Below are positions 31,244 through 40,844 of a DNA stretch of 64,000 nt, one piece after another. This DNA comes from Candidatus Kapaibacterium sp. GTDB lineage: Bacteria > Bacteroidota > Ignavibacteria > Kapaibacteriales > NICIL-2. The position numbers were made by a program, and so were the translations under genes. The stretch lies in assembly GCA_025055755.1 (NCBI GenBank), contig JANWWF010000004.1, positions 810 to 64,809 of the forward strand, read 5' to 3'. The notes beneath the pieces were generated by a model. That model was not told the origin of the DNA. It did not search any database and was given only the letters and a program-made list of their open reading frames with translations. Numbering within the stretch: the first letter of the stretch is position 1; each line of letters opens with the position of its first letter.

Positions 31244-32023
31244 TCAGACCACATACCCAAACAGTGCATCGAGCACCAAGATCGAGGCAGCAGAAATAGT
31301 AAATGCCCGCACAGTGCTATTGCCCACTCCTTCTGCTCCGCCAGTGGTTTGCATGCCCACATAGCAACCAATCAATGCAGTCGTTCCCCCAAACACCATG
31401 GATTTGACCAGCCCGATTGTCACTTCACTGGTGCGGAAAAATCGCACGATTGAGTCGAAAAACATCGGCGCAGAAAATCCAAACTTCAACGCGGTTAAGA
31501 CAAATGCGCCTACCAACGCAACAACATTCGAGAACACTGCCAGTACAGGCATCATTGTGAGCGCTGCCACCACGCGGGGCATACCCAAATACCGATCGCG
31601 ATCAATTGCCATCATCTCGAGAGCATCGAGCTGCTCGGAGACTGCCATTGTTCCGATCTGCGCTGCAATTGCTCCCCCTACCCGTCCCGCAATCACCAGC
31701 GCGGTCAGTACTGGTGTTAGTTCCGTGAACACTACTGTCGCAATTGATCCTCCGATGTAGGGACGCGCAATGGCAATAAGGTTGAACTTGGCAAAAAGGT
31801 TAGTTGCCTGCAACGCTGCAATCGCACCGGTGAACGAGCCAATCAACACAACCAGCGGTAAGGAATCTGCCCCCACGATCGCCATCTGCTGGAGAACAAG
31901 ATGTCGATCGCGGAATGCTCGCGGTATGTAGCGGGCAATTCGCACCAGAAGCTCAAGGATGCTGCCAAGTTGCTCCAAAAAACTCAGCACGCCACGCCCA
32001 ATCCATGCCAACAGACGCCTCAT
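31244..32023 (-). CDS. mlaE: ABC transporter permease MlaE (phospholipid / organic-solvent resistance)
   Basis: 259 aa, MlaE/YrbE family blocks (FTGAIAALQ, VFTELTPVLTALVIAGRVGGAIAA). Confidence 0.8.
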   Translation of the reverse strand: MRRLLAWIGRGVLSFLEQLGSILELLVRIARYIPRAFRDRHLVLQQMAIVGADSLPLVVLIGSFTGAIAALQATNLFAKFNLIAIARPYIGGSIATVVFTELTPVLTALVIAGRVGGAIAAQIGTMAVSEQLDALEMMAIDRDRYLGMPRVVAALTMMPVLAVFSNVVALVGAFVLTALKFGFSAPMFFDSIVRFFRTSEVTIGLVKSMVFGGTTALIGCYVGMQTTGGAEGVGNSTVRAFTISAASILVLDALFGYVV

Positions 32024-32040
32024 GCCCGAAACCGCAGTGG

Positions 32041-33369
32041 TTAGAACTGCACAAAGCTACGCACCAGCCCAGCCGCCAGAACGACAGCCGAGGCACCAAG
32101 AGAAAGTATCGCAATGCGACGGACAGTCCGCTCCCCACGAAGCACAGCAATGCTAAGCTTCACCAGCGTATTGGCGAGCATGGCAGCAATGACAGTAGCT
32201 GCTGCATCCTCAACGGCAATGGTATTCGCAGCTGCCTCTTTGCCCATCGCGATTGTGATTGCATCGAGGTCAGCAAGACCACTTGCTGCTCCCAGGCTGA
32301 TCAGAGCACCGCTCCCAAGCATATCATGGAGAACTGCCCCCAGCGTTGCAACGGCGGCATAGAAAGCCCCAAAGAGCATAGCAGATTTCAACCGTGCAGG
32401 ATTCCCTGGTGTTGGCGACGACACCGGAGAGTGCGTATCTCCCTCTGCACCCCATTTACCCTGTGTCACCAGCCAGAGTATGGCAAGTCCTACTGCGGCG
32501 GTTGCCAGCAAGACCGGGAGGAGTTCTGCAATGAATCGCCGCGATAACACCGCTGCAAAAAAACCCACCCGAGCGAACATGACTCCTGATGCCAGGGCTA
32601 TGCCAATTCCACAGAGTGTCGCTTGCCGCGGGTTATCCCGGCTTTGGGATGCCAACGACCAAGTCACCGCTGTCGAAGACACCAAACTTCCAATGATCGC
32701 ACTAAGCAATAAACTTTGGCGAGCACTTAGATATTTTGTGGCAACATACCCTGCAACATTGACTGCTGTCACCAGCGCAACCACACTCCACAGTTGCCGT
32801 GGATTGAGAACCCCTCGCGGTCCCAGTGGGACATCCGGCAGCAAGGGAAGAACCACCGCAGCAACGACTGCAAACGTGATAATAGCTCGAATGTCCTCTG
32901 GAGTGAGTGATTCAACCCATCGGTGTAGTTGTACCTTCTGGGACAGGAGCACTGCCCCGATGACTGCTCCAAGCAATGCTGGTACCATGGCACCACTGCC
33001 AAGCGCTACTCCGACAACACCTGTCAGCATAAGAGCAAGCTCGGTTGTGATCCCCCGCGTCTGCCCCCGCGCACCCACTGCGACAGCAATTGCAGCAATC
33101 CCCACTATCCCTGCTGCTGCAACGATACCACCCCACCGACCACTGAGGAACCCCACCAAGTATCCGATGACACTGCTCAACGGGAATGTCCGAATACCCC
33201 CAATGGCTGTATGGTGGACGCGCTTGGATACTTCACGCTCTGCCCCCATAAGTAACCCAAGCGCAAGCGCAATAGCAAAGTTGACCAAATGTGTTGTGTC
33301 AAAAGCAAGGTCCATCGTCGTGCCAAGAGAATAACCAACATTTCTTAGCGCATCTACCGTGCGCTGCAT
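32041..33369 (-). CDS. MgtC/SapB family membrane protein with DUF4010-like C-terminal half
   Basis: LVNFAIALALGLLMGAEREV matches the MgtC N-terminal signature, followed by more than 8 TM helices. Start ambiguous. The longest ORF (to 33462) would overlap the flhA start. Confidence 0.5.
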   Translation of the reverse strand: MQRTVDALRNVGYSLGTTMDLAFDTTHLVNFAIALALGLLMGAEREVSKRVHHTAIGGIRTFPLSSVIGYLVGFLSGRWGGIVAAAGIVGIAAIAVAVGARGQTRGITTELALMLTGVVGVALGSGAMVPALLGAVIGAVLLSQKVQLHRWVESLTPEDIRAIITFAVVAAVVLPLLPDVPLGPRGVLNPRQLWSVVALVTAVNVAGYVATKYLSARQSLLLSAIIGSLVSSTAVTWSLASQSRDNPRQATLCGIGIALASGVMFARVGFFAAVLSRRFIAELLPVLLATAAVGLAILWLVTQGKWGAEGDTHSPVSSPTPGNPARLKSAMLFGAFYAAVATLGAVLHDMLGSGALISLGAASGLADLDAITIAMGKEAAANTIAVEDAAATVIAAMLANTLVKLSIAVLRGERTVRRIAILSLGASAVVLAAGLVRSFVQF

Positions 33370-33440
33370 ACAAATTTCGTTCTCCTTTGCAGCGCTCCAG
33401 AAAAAACTAACCAGCCTTGCCGGTTGGCACATAGCTTGCA

Positions 33441-35624
33441 GTGAATACTGCACGTGTTCCACCTATCATGCCACGGATGGCCCAACTTCCTGCTGCTGGA
33501 ACATCTTCCCCAGCGTTGCCGCCAAACTTAGAAGCCGTGCTGAGCAATTTCGACCGCTACCGAGATCTTCTGCTGGTTGCGGGAATTCTCGGAGTGCTGG
33601 GATTGCTTATCGTGCCACTGCCACCGTTTCTCCTTGACCTTCTGCTGGGGCTGAACATCGCGCTGTCGGTTCTTATTCTGATGGTGGTGGTGTACATCAG
33701 CTCCCCGCTCGATATCAGTACTTTCCCAACCATCCTATTGGTGGCAACCCTTTTTCGCCTCGGTATGAATATCGCCTCGACCCGCCTCATACTGAGTGAA
33801 GCCTCCGCAGGCAAGATTATTCATGCCTTTGGCACCTTTGTCGTCAGCGGCAATTTTGTCGTCGGTATTGTGGTGTTCCTGATTTTGTTGGTGATCAACT
33901 TTGTCGTCATCATCAAGGGATCGACCCGCATTGCAGAAGTTGCCGCACGCTTTACGCTCGATGCCCTCCCCGGAAAACAGATGAGCATTGACGCTGATCT
34001 CAACGCAGGCTTTATTGACGAAAAGGAAGCTCGTCGCCGCCGCGAACAACTCCAACGCGAAGCGGAGTTCTACGGCGCTATGGACGGCGCATCGAAATTC
34101 GTCAAGGGCGATGCTATTGCAGGCTTGGTGATTACGGGGATCAACATCCTTGGCGGCTTTGCTATAGGCGTGCTCCAGCGGGGCATGGACATTAGCGCCG
34201 CACTGAAGACTTACACCATCTTGACCATTGGCGATGGTTTGGTTTCCCAGGTACCGGCATTGCTTGTCTCGGTTGCAGCAGGGCTTATCATTTCACGGAC
34301 AAGCTCGGCAACCTCTCTCGATAAGGACCTGAGCACACAGTTGACCGGCAAGCCACGTCCCTTGCTCGTTGTTGCTGCTGTATCGTTCGGGATGGGATTA
34401 TTGCCCGGCTTCCCGTTCTTTCCTTTTGCGCTGCTGGCACTTTCGATCGGAGCAATTGCCCTCCTCCGGCGCAGGCAAATCGGAGTAGCAGAGCGGGAAA
34501 AACTCCGGCAAGAACTTGCTCAGGCAGAAACAACACGGAAACAGCCCGAGCAGCCTATCGAAGAGCTCGTCAAAGTAGATCCGGTCGAGGTGGAAATTGG
34601 GCTGAATCTGCTTCCCCTTGCCGATGAGCAGCACGGAGGCGATCTTTTCCGGCGAATAGCAAACATCCGCCGCCAATTAGCAACTGAGCTGGGCGTGATT
34701 CTTCCTCCTGTCCGTGTTCGGGATAATCTTGCGCTCGAGCCAGACGAATACGTCATCAAGCTCCGTGGCAATATCGTTGCCCGAAACCGACTCTACGTTG
34801 GCATGCTGCTGGCAATGAATCCCGGCAATGCTGAGGGCACGCTGCGTGGTATTGATGTACAGGAGCCTGTCTTCGGACTACCCGCAACGTGGATTCCTCT
34901 TCATGAACGCGAGAACGCAGAACTGTCCGGCTACACCGTCGTCGAACCCGCAACGGTGCTGGCAACCCATCTTTCCGAAATTCTCCGCCGCAATGCAGAT
35001 AAGCTCCTCACGCGTCAGGATGTACGGCAACTGGTCGAAGCGCTCAAGAAAGACTATCCCGCTCTTGTCGAGGAAATCACACCCGATAATCTCCCACTGG
35101 GCACTGTGCAGAAAGTCTTGCAGAATCTCCTCCGCGAACAAATCCCCATTCGCGATCTCCCGACAATTCTCGAAGCACTGCTCGACTACTTCAAGGTCAC
35201 GAAAAACACCGACGTCCTGACTGAATACGTGCGCCATCATTTGGGCGACACTATCAAACGGCTATTCCAAGACCCCAATGGTGTCATCCATGCAGCCAGT
35301 CTCGATCCGAGCATCGAAAATCTCCTTACCACAACACTGCAGAATAATCCCTCTGCTCAGTCCAGCCCAACGCTGGGACTTTCACCCGAAGTCGTCCGCT
35401 CGCTTCTGCGCAATGTTGGAACTGCACTGGACCACCTAACGATGCTCGGCTACCAGCCGGTAATTATCTGTTCGGCACCAGTGCGTCCCTATCTGTATCG
35501 CCTGATACGCTCCCAATACCCCATTGCAAATGTCATCAGCTACAGTGAACTCCCACCAGAAACAAGCGTGAATGTAGTAACCCGAATTGCACTGCATGAA
35601 AGCACAGAATCGGTTGCGGCATAA
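33441..35624 (+). CDS. flhA: FHIPEP family export-gate protein (FlhA/SctV)
   Basis: LPPFLLDLLLGLNIALSVLIL, FRLGMNIASTRLIL, NFVVIIKGSTRIAEVAARFTLDALPGKQMSIDADLNAG and FYGAMDGASKFVKGDAIAG are FHIPEP hallmarks. 727 aa. Confidence 0.8.
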   Translation: MNTARVPPIMPRMAQLPAAGTSSPALPPNLEAVLSNFDRYRDLLLVAGILGVLGLLIVPLPPFLLDLLLGLNIALSVLILMVVVYISSPLDISTFPTILLVATLFRLGMNIASTRLILSEASAGKIIHAFGTFVVSGNFVVGIVVFLILLVINFVVIIKGSTRIAEVAARFTLDALPGKQMSIDADLNAGFIDEKEARRRREQLQREAEFYGAMDGASKFVKGDAIAGLVITGINILGGFAIGVLQRGMDISAALKTYTILTIGDGLVSQVPALLVSVAAGLIISRTSSATSLDKDLSTQLTGKPRPLLVVAAVSFGMGLLPGFPFFPFALLALSIGAIALLRRRQIGVAEREKLRQELAQAETTRKQPEQPIEELVKVDPVEVEIGLNLLPLADEQHGGDLFRRIANIRRQLATELGVILPPVRVRDNLALEPDEYVIKLRGNIVARNRLYVGMLLAMNPGNAEGTLRGIDVQEPVFGLPATWIPLHERENAELSGYTVVEPATVLATHLSEILRRNADKLLTRQDVRQLVEALKKDYPALVEEITPDNLPLGTVQKVLQNLLREQIPIRDLPTILEALLDYFKVTKNTDVLTEYVRHHLGDTIKRLFQDPNGVIHAASLDPSIENLLTTTLQNNPSAQSSPTLGLSPEVVRSLLRNVGTALDHLTMLGYQPVIICSAPVRPYLYRLIRSQYPIANVISYSELPPETSVNVVTRIALHESTESVAA

Positions 35625-35696
35625 TCTCCGCTGGGAGCATGCTGCTTTGTTCATCTATTGCTCCAGGAGGCAAAAAGGCGGTTCAGCACCTTGGCT

Positions 35697-36116
35697 TTAC
35701 AGCTCCAAACTGCGTGCAAATGCCCATTGAATGGTCTTCCGATCGCGGGCAACATCGGTACAGAGGAAGCGAGGATTCGGATAGATTCCCACTCGTCCTA
35801 AGTCAAGGCGGTCTGCATCCCAGCAGGTTTGAACAGTCACATCTGCCTCGGTTAGTCCATGGGCATGCCACGTACAGGCATAGACAAGCAGCTCTGTTTC
35901 CTCCGGCGAAAGGGTGAAGTAAGTCCCCACCAACTTGCGAACAAGCTCGCCTGCCCGTTTGCCATGGTCTGGGTCGTCTCCTTCGTTCCACCGACATGCA
36001 TCATGCAGATAGGCAAAAAGCTCCACTATGCGGAGATTCGCTCCCGTGCGCTCTGCGAGAAAAAGGCCATTTTCATGCACTCTTTGCCAGTAGGAAAGCC
36101 ATGGATACCATCCCAC
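35697..36116 (-). CDS. HD-domain phosphohydrolase, possibly frameshifted at the 5' end
   Basis: RVHENG...LFAYLHDACR...WDADRLD (H...HD...D). A 71-aa ORF in another frame (36026-36241) overlaps its start. Confidence 0.45.
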   Translation of the reverse strand: MGWYPWLSYWQRVHENGLFLAERTGANLRIVELFAYLHDACRWNEGDDPDHGKRAGELVRKLVGTYFTLSPEETELLVYACTWHAHGLTEADVTVQTCWDADRLDLGRVGIYPNPRFLCTDVARDRKTIQWAFARSLEL

Positions 36117-36493
36117 GAGAGCCGGTACACCGATCGAATGTAATCAAGCAGCGCAGGGGTAACAACGGTGAGCTCCATCTTTCCTTTCTCCAGTGATACT
36201 TGGCACAAAGCGACGTTCAACTCCCCCGCATATTTGGGCAAGCGAACCTTCTCACGATTTGTCGCTTTGGTCCGCAGGCTTTAGGGCGATCCGGTACCAT
36301 GCACTCCCATCATACCTGCAATGGCTGACTGCACTTACTTGAGCACCGCTTGCTCCCTCGCATTCCGTCTTGCTGTTGCATCTCCTCAAACAAGCGTTGA
36401 TCCTTGTGCGCGCTATAGGGGGAACAGAGTTTTTCGCTCGACGACCTTGAAATGCAGAAAGCACAGCAACTTCTTCCCTGCACTGCACCACGG

Positions 36494-36991
36494 TTAGCGA
36501 AGGTCCTTTGGCGTGCGGTGGAACATGAGCCTGCAGCAGCCCTTGCGCACTTGATTCCATGCGGTTTGCTCTGTCTGGAGCACCGCGATTGCGCACGTAG
36601 GCATTGATACGTGCTCCTCGCCAGTAAGGTATTCGAGCAAGTCGCTTATTGAGGGATTATGGCCCACCAGCGCAACTGTTGTGAGCTCAGGATCAAGTCC
36701 CCAAATCGTTGCCAGCAGTGTGTCCAACGAGGGGAGGTAGAGCGCATCGTCGTATTCAACCGAAGGCATGCCGTCTTGCCATGCCTTGAGAAGGTAGTCT
36801 GCTGTTTGGCGAGTGCGAACGGAAGAGCTTGCAACAACTCGTTCAAGCTGAGGCACCATTGCGTGCAGCCACATTCCCATGCGTTCAGCATCCCGGCGAC
36901 CGCGCTCGGTCAGCGGTCGCTCTTGGTCCGCACCCGCAAATTCCTCCGCAGGCACAGCCTTGGCGTGGCGTATCAAGATGAGCTGTTTCAT
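36494..36991 (-). CDS. sixA: phosphohistidine phosphatase SixA
   Basis: LILIRHAKA, TERGRRDA and GHNP of the histidine-phosphatase fold. ATGA start/stop overlap with the upstream patatin gene. Confidence 0.7.
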   Translation of the reverse strand: MKQLILIRHAKAVPAEEFAGADQERPLTERGRRDAERMGMWLHAMVPQLERVVASSSVRTRQTADYLLKAWQDGMPSVEYDDALYLPSLDTLLATIWGLDPELTTVALVGHNPSISDLLEYLTGEEHVSMPTCAIAVLQTEQTAWNQVRKGCCRLMFHRTPKDLR

Positions 36992-39627
36992 TGGATGCGC
37001 ATGCCGATACTGAAGTAACCCAGCAGCGGTCCAAGCGTGAGCTCATGCAGAGCGCCTCGAAAATAGAACGCCCGCCCCAGTGAAAAGCGTGCTGGTCCAA
37101 TCGGTGTGTCAAATGCCAGCATAAGGCCAACACCATGCTTGAGATTGTCGAACTTGACTGCTTGAACAATCTGCCACACCGCCCCAATGTCATAGCGCAG
37201 CGATAGATACGTCGGGAACACAAGCTCTATTGGGGAGCGCAGACGGTATTCAAGTTGTCCCAGTGCAAGCTGTCGCCCTCGCTCCTCCTCTTCTCGCATG
37301 CCGTAAAACAAGTCCTCGCCTCCGAGATTGAACGCCTCGGGAAGCGGCAATGTGTTTGCCGCAATACCAAATCGCACCGACCATCGCACCGCATGGTGGC
37401 GTGCCAGCGTGTGCGTCATGCGGAGCATTGCATCGGTTTTGAAAAACTGCAGCCATCCTGGCGCATCAAGGATGGTGCGTTCGATCGCCAGTCGCAAGTA
37501 GCTTCCTCGACTGGGAAAGTCAGCCCGATCTTCGTTATCAAGCGTTGTGCTCCAGCCCAGTGCAAGCAACGGTGCAAATCTGCGCGATTGAACGTAATCC
37601 CCCAGACGGAAACCGCGTTGTCCCTCGTAGCGGAGAGTGACCACGACCTTGCCCAGTGTCTCGACATTGCTGCCAACCGATGCTCGAATGCCCAGATGCT
37701 GCTCGATTCGTTCCCCTATGCGCACTCGTTCGTAGCGAGCTGGAGGCAGATTGTCAATCAAACGGTACAGGTAGATATTCCGTGAGTCCCAGTAGCCCTC
37801 GATGCTTGCGGTCCAGTAGCTATCCAAAATGCGGGGGACATCCAGGCGGAGCATTCCAATGCTGTTGCGCCCTCCTCCCCCAATTCGGGCAGTAGCCCGT
37901 ATGCCGCTGGAGAGGAGATTTAAGTCTGCCAGTTCCGCAGTGGGCTGGACGTTTCGCTCGTTGTCAATGCGCCCACCGATGCGAAGAAGCTGACTTCCTC
38001 GCTCACGAACCTGCACCCGCAGTGCAACTGCATCGCTTTGGTCGTCGATATACCGTACCGATAGGAGCACATGACTGAACAGGTCTGTCGCGAGCAAACG
38101 CTCCCAACTTTCTAGAAGTGCCGCCGTACGGATTGGCTCTCCAATCGGTGTCCGCAGCTCTCGCTGGACGACAAGATCAGTAGCACTGCAGTTGCCCACC
38201 AATTCAACTGCTCGAAGCCGACCGCTATCGAGCACGACATGGAGCAGATGCTGGATGCTGTCGAAGGTTATCCGCACTCGTGCTGCAGCTAAGCCCTCCT
38301 GGCGAAGGCGGCGTTGCAAGGCATGTGTCAGTGAATCAGCAAGCGCCCGCGAATACGAGCAACCCACAAGTGCATTGAGCGAGGCTGCCCACTGTTCACT
38401 TGGCCCAGCGACTGCCGCAATTTTTCGCTCCGGCGATGGCATAATCTCCGCTATTTCCCCGCTGGAGTCCAAGCGGCAAATCACAGCACCATAGCGTTCC
38501 ACCATCTCGACCAGTGCTGCGGTAGAGCCATACTCGCCGAAAAGAAGATCGCTTGGTGTAGGAAGCGCTGCAACAGAAGTTGCCATCCTCCTCGTAAGGG
38601 AACTTCCCAGATGCCCTATTGCTCGTTGCTGCTGTCGTTCCAGCTCGGCTTGCAGTCTTGTCACAACAGCGCGGCATGCTATTTCCCCTTGAGCAACAAG
38701 CCACTCGAAACGCGAAAAATCCAAGGTGGCGTGGTCTTCCAGCGAAGGTGTAATCGTTAGCCATGCGGCACGTGTTGCGGCTGCGTTGAGCCGTTGCATC
38801 ATCAACGTTACCACCTGATCAGCAACATTCCAGGGCTTGTCGAGGGCTGAGCGGGGCTGCAGCGGTGCAGTGGTATTGACTGCGACCACAAAGTCGGGAT
38901 GAAACTCTGCGTACGCAACCTCGACAGGAATGTTCGCCAGCAAGCCGCCATCAACTAGCACGGCTGAATCCTGGCGAATTGGCGTATAGCGCAAGGGGAA
39001 TGTGCTGCTGGCTCGCACTGCTGTGACCAAGTCCCCCTGGCGAAGCACGACTGTTTCCCCTCGCACCAAGTCTGTTGCGACGGCACGGAAGGGAATACGG
39101 AGCCGGTCAAATGAGCTATTGCATGCTATCGGAGCACGCCAGAGTAGCTCCGCTAAGAGCAATTCCAACCGCTGCCCAGAACTGATTGCCTCTGGAATAA
39201 GAGGCTGAAAGTCCTGCATTCGTACGGAGAACACTGTTCGGTCGTACTCCACCTTTTGGTCGAGAAACAATTCCTCCCGCGATCGTTCATCGCCTATACG
39301 GAAGAGGTCTTGCCATTCCACTCGGCGGACAATCGAGTCAATTTCATCAGCTGAGTATCCTGCACACCACAGTGCACCAATCACTGCACCAATGCTTGTT
39401 CCCACAACCGCAGCAGGATAGAGCCGTTCTTGCTCGAGCACGCGCAGCACTCCAATCTGCGCAAGTCCACGTGCACCGCCGCCACTGAGGACAAGCACCC
39501 ATCGAGGACGAGGGAGCGAGTAATCGTCGAGCACAATGGTTCTCCCTCCATCGCCCCTGGCGACGGTTGACCATGCGGCAACCGCTGCAGCAATAGTCCA
39601 GGCTATTGTGTTAGCGACGTGCTTCAT
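36988..39627 (-). CDS. patatin-like phospholipase fused to Omp85/BamA-type C-terminal beta-barrel (PlpD-like, type Vd autotransporter architecture)
   Basis: Signal peptide MKHVANTIAWTIAAAVAAWS, SGGGARG oxyanion motif, GTSIG nucleophile elbow, VDGGLLANIPV. C-terminal 300 aa have alternating beta-strand pattern ending GYFSIGMRIQ. Confidence 0.65.
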   Translation of the reverse strand: MKHVANTIAWTIAAAVAAWSTVARGDGGRTIVLDDYSLPRPRWVLVLSGGGARGLAQIGVLRVLEQERLYPAAVVGTSIGAVIGALWCAGYSADEIDSIVRRVEWQDLFRIGDERSREELFLDQKVEYDRTVFSVRMQDFQPLIPEAISSGQRLELLLAELLWRAPIACNSSFDRLRIPFRAVATDLVRGETVVLRQGDLVTAVRASSTFPLRYTPIRQDSAVLVDGGLLANIPVEVAYAEFHPDFVVAVNTTAPLQPRSALDKPWNVADQVVTLMMQRLNAAATRAAWLTITPSLEDHATLDFSRFEWLVAQGEIACRAVVTRLQAELERQQQRAIGHLGSSLTRRMATSVAALPTPSDLLFGEYGSTAALVEMVERYGAVICRLDSSGEIAEIMPSPERKIAAVAGPSEQWAASLNALVGCSYSRALADSLTHALQRRLRQEGLAAARVRITFDSIQHLLHVVLDSGRLRAVELVGNCSATDLVVQRELRTPIGEPIRTAALLESWERLLATDLFSHVLLSVRYIDDQSDAVALRVQVRERGSQLLRIGGRIDNERNVQPTAELADLNLLSSGIRATARIGGGGRNSIGMLRLDVPRILDSYWTASIEGYWDSRNIYLYRLIDNLPPARYERVRIGERIEQHLGIRASVGSNVETLGKVVVTLRYEGQRGFRLGDYVQSRRFAPLLALGWSTTLDNEDRADFPSRGSYLRLAIERTILDAPGWLQFFKTDAMLRMTHTLARHHAVRWSVRFGIAANTLPLPEAFNLGGEDLFYGMREEEERGRQLALGQLEYRLRSPIELVFPTYLSLRYDIGAVWQIVQAVKFDNLKHGVGLMLAFDTPIGPARFSLGRAFYFRGALHELTLGPLLGYFSIGMRIQ

Positions 39628-40516
39628 ATGCCTCCCGCATACCCAGGAGCAACGGCAGCATTGCCTCTTCGTACGCACGACGGCTGCGAAGCGCCAGCGC
39701 AACAAGCTCCTCTGAGCCTTCGTGGGTAAAGACATCCCGCCCTGGTGGCGCCTCAACTGCGGCAATGATCTGTTGGGCAACCTCTGCGGCGCTCATCATG
39801 CGCTGTAAAGGAGCCCGCGGAATGTTCCGCTGCTGCGCAATAGCACGAGACCGCACGATCCCTTCGGCAAAAAGGTCGCCAATTGGCGCGCCATCGGTCA
39901 CCTGTGCCCATTCGGTTTGAACGCCGGAGGGACACACCACTGTTGCTTCGACTCCCGTTTCTACCAGCTCAGTGCGCAATGCCGCGATAAATCCAACGAC
40001 TGCATGCTTAGCGGCAACGTATGCAGCGTTGTAGGGATAGGCAATCTTTCCCACAATGCTCGAGACTGCAATAATGTGCCCACGCCGTTGCGCTTTCATC
40101 ACCGGGAGAGCAGGACGCACAAGGTACCACAGCTGATACACGTTGAGTGCGAACATTGCCTGGAGCACGTCAGTAGTAGTGTCTTCCACACTGGCGCAGT
40201 GCCCCCGCCCCGCATTGAGAATGAGCACATCGAGCCGATTGTCATATGCCGCAAGAGTCTGCGTGATGAACTGTTCTGCCTCTTTTTCGACGGATACATC
40301 CACAACCATATCGAGCACGGCTGCAGCTCCGCGCTGGCGCGCTTGTGCTGCTACTTCTGCCAGTCGGTCGCGCCGCCGTGCGCAGAGTGCCAGTCGCACT
40401 CCCCGCGCTCCAAGCTGTTCGGCAAGTGCAGCTCCAATCCCAGACGATGCACCTGTAATAGCAACAACTGTTTCTGCGGTTAGGGGAATACCGGCCTGCA
40501 TGGTAGAAAAGCCCAA
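39611..40516 (-). CDS. short-chain dehydrogenase/reductase
   Basis: TGASSGIG, NAG and YNAAYVAAK (YxxxK). Confidence 0.8.
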   Translation of the reverse strand: MGFSTMQAGIPLTAETVVAITGASSGIGAALAEQLGARGVRLALCARRRDRLAEVAAQARQRGAAAVLDMVVDVSVEKEAEQFITQTLAAYDNRLDVLILNAGRGHCASVEDTTTDVLQAMFALNVYQLWYLVRPALPVMKAQRRGHIIAVSSIVGKIAYPYNAAYVAAKHAVVGFIAALRTELVETGVEATVVCPSGVQTEWAQVTDGAPIGDLFAEGIVRSRAIAQQRNIPRAPLQRMMSAAEVAQQIIAAVEAPPGRDVFTHEGSEELVALALRSRRAYEEAMLPLLLGMREAYEARR

Positions 40517-40558
40517 CGTTACACTTTCACCGTTTTGCGCCCGCTGGAAAAGACAGCG

Positions 40559-40843
40559 TTAGGGAGCAATGCGAAAATCCTTCCATTGACCCTGTGGCGT
40601 GCTCCAGGTAACGCTTACGTCCTCGACATAAGCACGCGGCGGACCTTGCCAGCAGCGTGCGACAAGTTGTTCAACTGCTCCACGAGGTCCTTCTACTTCT
40701 GCAATAACCGTCTGCCCATCGGATGCGTTTCGCACATAACCAACCAAGCCCAGTTCTATTGCAACGCGATAGACAAACATCCGGTAGCCAACACCTTGCA
40801 CGCGTCCTCGCACGACGATGTATGCTCGTGTATGCTCATCCAT
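40559..40843 (-). CDS. acyP: acylphosphatase
   Basis: 94 aa, VRGRVQGVGYR and GYVRNASDG signatures. Confidence 0.8.
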   Translation of the reverse strand: MDEHTRAYIVVRGRVQGVGYRMFVYRVAIELGLVGYVRNASDGQTVIAEVEGPRGAVEQLVARCWQGPPRAYVEDVSVTWSTPQGQWKDFRIAP

Positions 40844-40844
40844 G

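Noticed and set aside
32480-33334. 284-aa plus-strand ORF
   Set aside because: Antisense to the MgtC-family gene. Ser/Thr/Ala/Pro-rich, no domain.
36252-36596. 114-aa minus-strand ORF overlapping the sixA 3' end
   Set aside because: Overlaps a well-supported gene in another frame and has no recognisable features. The region 36120-36490 is more likely a 3' UTR or intergenic.
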